Shown here in pieces: positions 47,960-51,549 of a stretch of DNA of 51,549 bases (the stretch's first letter is position 1; every line of letters starts with the position of its first letter). Source of the stretch: an uncultured Bifidobacteriaceae bacterium (GTDB taxonomy: Bacteria > Actinomycetota > Actinomycetes > S36-B12); assembly GCA_964626275.1 (NCBI GenBank), contig CAZVCZ010000001.1, forward strand, positions 14,200-65,748, in the 5' to 3' direction. Both the position numbers and the translations under genes were made by a program. The notes beneath the pieces are model-generated. The model was not told the DNA's origin and searched no databases. It worked only from the letters and a program-made list of their open reading frames with translations.

Positions 47960-47999
47960 TGTGCCGCCGACTCAGGCCCCTGGTCATAGTGTGGGCAAC

Positions 48000-48719
48000 A
48001 TGACGACGGTGTTCCTGGTCCGACATGGTCGCTCCAGTGCGAATACAGCCGGAGTGTTGGCCGGATGGTCGCCCGGTGTTCATCTCGATGAGATGGGGAT
48101 CGCCCAGGCCCAACGAGCCGGCGAGCGGCTGTCCGGCATCCGACTGTCGATGATCGTGTCGAGCCCCCTGGAGCGCACCATCAGCACGGCGGAGGCGATT
48201 CTCGACGAGCAGAGCGGGCGCGCCGATATCGCTCTCGACGAGCGGGTCGGGGAATGTCGCTATGGGGACTGGACCGGCCGCAAGCTCTCGGTCCTCTCTC
48301 GACGACCTCTGTGGAAGACCGTCCAGCAGCGTCCGAGTCAGGTCACCTTCCCGGGAGAAGAGGGTGAGTCCCTCCTGCATATGCAGGCCCGGGGAGTGGG
48401 AGCGATCGCGGACTGGAATACACGGTTGGGTGCCAGGGCTCGATACGCCGTCGTGAGCCATGGAGACGTGATCAAGTCGATCCTGGCGGATGCGCTCGGG
48501 ATGCCCTTCGATTCCTTCCAGCGGATCTCAGTTGATCCGGGCTCGATCTCGGTGGTGGATTACTCACCGCAGAGAGCTACCGTGCTCATGATGAACTCGA
48601 CCGATGCGGATCTGTCTGCATTCGGCGCCAGGTCGACACCCGCCCGAGAAACCGTAGGTGGCGGCGCGGGACCGACGTCCTCGACATCGAAGCGTTCGCC
48701 ACGAGGAGGTCGGAAGTGA
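48000..48719 (+). CDS. Histidine-phosphatase (phosphoglycerate-mutase-like) family protein, MSMEG_4193-type putative phosphomutase
   Basis: The 'FLVRHGRSSAN' RHG catalytic motif and 'VVSHGDVIK' are present. I place the start at the ATG at 48000. The track ORF's 139-residue upstream extension is antisense to corA. Confidence 0.8.
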   Translation: MTTVFLVRHGRSSANTAGVLAGWSPGVHLDEMGIAQAQRAGERLSGIRLSMIVSSPLERTISTAEAILDEQSGRADIALDERVGECRYGDWTGRKLSVLSRRPLWKTVQQRPSQVTFPGEEGESLLHMQARGVGAIADWNTRLGARARYAVVSHGDVIKSILADALGMPFDSFQRISVDPGSISVVDYSPQRATVLMMNSTDADLSAFGARSTPARETVGGGAGPTSSTSKRSPRGGRK

Positions 48720-49264
48720 CCCGCAGCATCAGGACCTTCACCTCACCAGACCGTGTCGTTATCGGCACGGTGGGTCTGCCCGGGGAAAGGGTGTTCTATC
48801 TCCAGGTCAGCCAGGACCGAGTCGTCGTCAGCCTGCGCATGGAGAAGCAGCAGGCGGCCACGCTGGCCGATCGATTCGCCCAGGTGATCGCCACGCTCCA
48901 GGAACAGGGTGCCATCAGTGACACGCTCGCCTCAGGAGTACGTGACGATGAACCGCTCAGCACACCTATCGACGAGGAATTCACCGTCGGATCGATCGGC
49001 ATGGCCTGGGACCCGGAGGATGAACGCTTCGTGCTGGAGTTCCACAGTGTCGACGATCTGCCTCCGGCCGACGTCGGTGACGATGATGAGGAAGCGCCCG
49101 ACACCGTGCGAATACGCATTGCCGTGACTGAGTCATTGGCGTTCATCGATCGAACGAGAGCCGTCGTCGAGGCAGGACGACCGGAATGCCCGCTGTGTCA
49201 GTTGCCACTCGAGGCCAGCGGCCATATCTGCCCGAGGGCGAACGGGTATCGCCGCAGTGGCTGA
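48716..49264 (+). CDS. DUF3090-family protein
   Basis: It has 'FTSPDRVVIGTVGLPGERVFYLQV...LRMEKQQAATLADR' and a C-terminal 'CPLCQLPLEASGHICPRANG' Cys/His cluster. Its GTG overlaps the upstream stop (GTGA at 48716-48719), and an AGGAGG RBS lies at 48704-48709. Confidence 0.75.
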   Translation: MTRSIRTFTSPDRVVIGTVGLPGERVFYLQVSQDRVVVSLRMEKQQAATLADRFAQVIATLQEQGAISDTLASGVRDDEPLSTPIDEEFTVGSIGMAWDPEDERFVLEFHSVDDLPPADVGDDDEEAPDTVRIRIAVTESLAFIDRTRAVVEAGRPECPLCQLPLEASGHICPRANGYRRSG

Positions 49265-50087
49265 TAGAAGATCCGAGTCGACGTCGCAGGGTGAGGAGTT
49301 GCTCGCCCATGCGCTCTACGAAGCGGAGCTCACGGTCGAAGGTCACCTCAGCGGAGCCTCGAATGCGACGTTGCGCTGTGTTATCGACGACGATGAGTTC
49401 GGGGAGCTCATGTGTGTGTACAAGCCCCGCCGAGGAGAACGACCACTGTGGGACTTCCCGACCGGATCTCTCGGCCATCGTGAAGTGGCCGCGCGCATCA
49501 TCGACCAGAGGCTGGGATGGGAACTTGTTCCCGCGACGGTCTGGCGAGACGAGGGTCCCTACGGACCCGGCATGTGCCAGGTGTGGATCGATGACGACGG
49601 GGAACGACCGGCGGTCGATGTCATTCACCCCGACGAATACAGCCCCTCATGGAAGATCGTGCTCGAGGCAACGACGTACGACGGTAGCGACGTCCTGCTC
49701 GTCCATGAGGACACGCCGCAGTTGCAAAGGCTCGCCGTCTTCGATCTCGTGACAAATAATGCCGACCGCAAAGGTGGACACGTCCTTCGCCGACACAACG
49801 GGGACCTTGTCGGCATCGATCATGGGCTCACCTTTCACGTCGAACCGAAGGTGCGCACTGTGCTGTGGGGCTGGGCCGGCGAGCAGATTCCTGACGACAT
49901 CATGACCGAGGTAGTGCGACTAGGGCAGGAGCTGGCGGTCGCGGAGGGCGACCTGGCCACGGTGCAGGCTTGGCTCACCAGGGCTGAATGGTCCGCCCTC
50001 ATCGCCCGCGTCGAGGAGTTGATCGACTCTCCGTTCTTCCCCGAGCCCCGGGGTGACGAACCCGCTTTGCCCTGGCCACCGATGTGA
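49257..50087 (+). CDS. SCO1664-family protein (PI3/PI4-kinase-like fold)
   Basis: It has 'GASNATLRC', 'VYKPRRGERPLWDFPTGSL', 'NNADRKGGHVL' and 'GIDHGLTF' (catalytic-loop and DFG-like elements). The GTG at 49257 overlaps the upstream gene by 8 nt. Confidence 0.75.
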   Translation: MADRRSESTSQGEELLAHALYEAELTVEGHLSGASNATLRCVIDDDEFGELMCVYKPRRGERPLWDFPTGSLGHREVAARIIDQRLGWELVPATVWRDEGPYGPGMCQVWIDDDGERPAVDVIHPDEYSPSWKIVLEATTYDGSDVLLVHEDTPQLQRLAVFDLVTNNADRKGGHVLRRHNGDLVGIDHGLTFHVEPKVRTVLWGWAGEQIPDDIMTEVVRLGQELAVAEGDLATVQAWLTRAEWSALIARVEELIDSPFFPEPRGDEPALPWPPM

Positions 50088-50146
50088 CGGGGGAGCACGG
50101 CGACTGTTCCGTTGGGTGGCAACTCCACCGTCGCTAGGCTCGGCGC

Positions 50147-51379
50147 GTGGACGCATGGGCGAGGCCAGGGATCCCAGACCTGCCGGGGACCGGACAACCG
50201 CTGAGGCTGTTCGACACGGCGACCCGACAGGTTCGCCCGACAGCGCCAGGCGAGACCGCGCGGATGTACGTGTGTGGGATCACGCCCTATGACGCCACGC
50301 ACCTGGGTCATGCCTTCACCTATCTGACTTTCGACATCGTGCAGCGCGTGTGGCGTGATGCCGGACACGCGGTGCACTACACCCAGAACGTCACCGACAT
50401 CGACGATCCGCTCCTGGAACGGGCGGTGGCCCTCGGGGAAGACTGGCGAGTGATCGCTGACCGCGAGACCGAGTTGTTCAGGTCCGATATGGCGGCGCTT
50501 GGCGTCATCCCGCCCGATGACTATCTCGGCGCGGTGGAGTCGATCCCCTCCATCGTGGACATCATCATCGATCTCATCGACCGAGGTGTCGTCTATCACG
50601 TCGAGTCGGATCTCTACTTCGACATCTCGGCCGCGTCCCGATTCGGTGAGGTATCCGGCTATTCCCTGCCCACCATGATCGAACTCTTCGCTGAACGTGG
50701 TGGCGATCCGGATCGACCAGGGAAGCGGAATCCGCTCGACCCCCTCATGTGGCTGGCAGCACGTCCTGATGAGCCGGCTTGGGAGACAGCGCTCGGTCAC
50801 GGACGTCCGGGCTGGCACATCGAGTGCGTCGCGATCGCACTCGACACCTTGGGCATGTCCTTCGATGTCCAGGGCGGGGGAAGCGATCTCATCTTCCCTC
50901 ACCATGAGATGGGAGCAGCGCACGCCGAGAGCACGACCGGGCAGTGGCCCTACGCCCGCCACTACGTCCACGCCGGCCTCGTGGGCTACGAGGGCCACAA
51001 GATGAGCAAGTCTCGGGGCAACCTCGTGTTCGTCTCCCGCCTCCTCGCTGAGGGAGCCGATCCCAGCGCCCTCCGGGTCGGTCTGCTCGGGCACCACTAC
51101 CGCCAGGACTGGGAGTGGCAGGATTCTGACCTTCGCCGCGCGGAGGAGCGCCTCGATCGCTGGCGGGATGCTGCACGCAGCGGCTGCACACACGGCGGCG
51201 AGGAGGTGCGGGAGGCGATCCGGGATCGGCTCTCCGATGACCTCGACACTCCCGCGGCCTTCACCATCTTGGACCAGTGGGCCGCCACCTCTCAGCGTCG
51301 CCGCGAGGGGCCGATGGACGATGCCCCAACCGTCCATGACACAGCCCGAGCACTGCTCGGCATCCCACTTCTTCCCTGA
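50147..51379 (+). CDS. mshC: L-cysteine:1D-myo-inositol 2-amino-2-deoxy-alpha-D-glucopyranoside ligase (mycothiol ligase)
   Basis: This is a class I aaRS-like protein with '[20 protein letters not shown]' (HIGH-type), '[11 protein letters not shown]' and 'KMSKSRGN' (KMSKS). The N-terminus '[28 protein letters not shown]' resembles that of MshC. Confidence 0.92.
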   Translation: MDAWARPGIPDLPGTGQPLRLFDTATRQVRPTAPGETARMYVCGITPYDATHLGHAFTYLTFDIVQRVWRDAGHAVHYTQNVTDIDDPLLERAVALGEDWRVIADRETELFRSDMAALGVIPPDDYLGAVESIPSIVDIIIDLIDRGVVYHVESDLYFDISAASRFGEVSGYSLPTMIELFAERGGDPDRPGKRNPLDPLMWLAARPDEPAWETALGHGRPGWHIECVAIALDTLGMSFDVQGGGSDLIFPHHEMGAAHAESTTGQWPYARHYVHAGLVGYEGHKMSKSRGNLVFVSRLLAEGADPSALRVGLLGHHYRQDWEWQDSDLRRAEERLDRWRDAARSGCTHGGEEVREAIRDRLSDDLDTPAAFTILDQWAATSQRRREGPMDDAPTVHDTARALLGIPLLP

Positions 51380-51408
51380 CGGTCGCGGTTACCTCAGAAA
51401 CCGGGTGG

Positions 51409-51549
51409 TTACGACGGGTCGCTGTCCCCTCGGCGTCTTAGGTATCGCTCGAATTCCCGTGCGATGGCCTCACCACTGGCCTCAGGCAGGTCGGCGGCGT
51501 CGCGGGCCTGTTCCAGTTGACGCACGTACTCCGCCACCTCCTCATCCTC
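51409..51549 (-). CDS. 3' end of a gene that continues beyond the window (C-terminus ...EDEEVAEYVRQLEQARDAADLPEASGEAIAREFERYLRRRGDSDPS*); possibly a PAC2-family protein
   Basis: I translated it by hand. The 46 codons plus a TAA stop (51409-51411) are in frame to the window edge and have GC3-rich codons. It is absent from the track because it is shorter than 60 aa. The family call comes only from a remembered C-terminal motif. Confidence 0.45.
   Translation of the reverse strand, partial: EDEEVAEYVRQLEQARDAADLPEASGEAIAREFERYLRRRGDSDPS

Noticed and set aside
25634-47999. Long N-terminal extensions in the ORF track: asnB to 27685, rnd to 33931, msrB to 35076, gnd to 39156, MMPL to 43148, and the histidine phosphatase from 47583
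   Set aside because: Each extension overlaps a neighbouring gene or the tRNA. Each is Arg/Pro-rich and precedes an internal start that restores the canonical family N-terminus (for example Cys2 in AsnB), often with an RBS or an ATGA/GTGA coupling.
49835-51337. 500-aa minus-strand ORF, the longest unexplained ORF in the track, spanning mshC and the end of the SCO1664-family gene
   Set aside because: It is exactly antisense to a gene with unmistakable MshC/class-I synthetase motifs. Its translation is Arg/Gly/Pro/Ala-rich with no recognisable motif. Stop-free antisense frames are expected opposite GC3-rich coding DNA.

Overview
This is a GC-rich Actinomycetota chromosomal core segment with strong G/C third-codon bias, and its gene content is typical of mycothiol-producing actinobacteria. 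I support about 49 protein-coding genes and one tRNA-Leu(GAG). From left to right the window holds: the 5'-truncated principal sigma factor (SigA/HrdB type) with a Lys/Ala/Pro-repeat N-terminus; a second type IIA topoisomerase pair (ParE/ParC-like) split by an FprA-like reductase; a PfkB kinase; a GNAT plus acyl-CoA-synthetase-like (Pat-type) acetyltransferase followed by a coupled DUF5998-phosphodiesterase-tdk unit; sepH; an MFS transporter; an IMPase (suhB-like); a gamma-carbonic anhydrase; the conserved dut neighbourhood of DUF genes; two trkA genes divergent from a KimA-like APC permease; asnB; acn; dxs; RNase D plus DUF3000; msrB; a pgi-gnd-pgl operon; an MMPL transporter directly behind the tRNA; an M20 peptidase; an LLM oxidoreductase; uppP; corA; and a phosphatase-DUF3090-SCO1664 triad upstream of mshC. 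I see no transposase, integrase, phage genes, CRISPR array, toxin-antitoxin pair or recognisable defence genes. It reads as an ordinary, tightly packed housekeeping region, and I cannot honestly claim a clear new system. The best leads are: (i) the translationally coupled phosphatase/DUF3090/kinase-like triad next to mshC; (ii) the orphan TrkA pair beside a KimA-like permease with no TrkH in the window; (iii) a tRNA-Leu whose 3' end lies 21 nt from the MMPL start codon; (iv) three convergent gene pairs whose stop codons share one CTAG; and (v) a few operator-like palindromes in divergent promoter regions. Many long ORFs in the six-frame track are antisense or upstream-extension artefacts of the GC-rich sequence. 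Family names (DUF numbers, KimA, SepH and similar) come from remembered motifs, not from searches, and need HMM confirmation.
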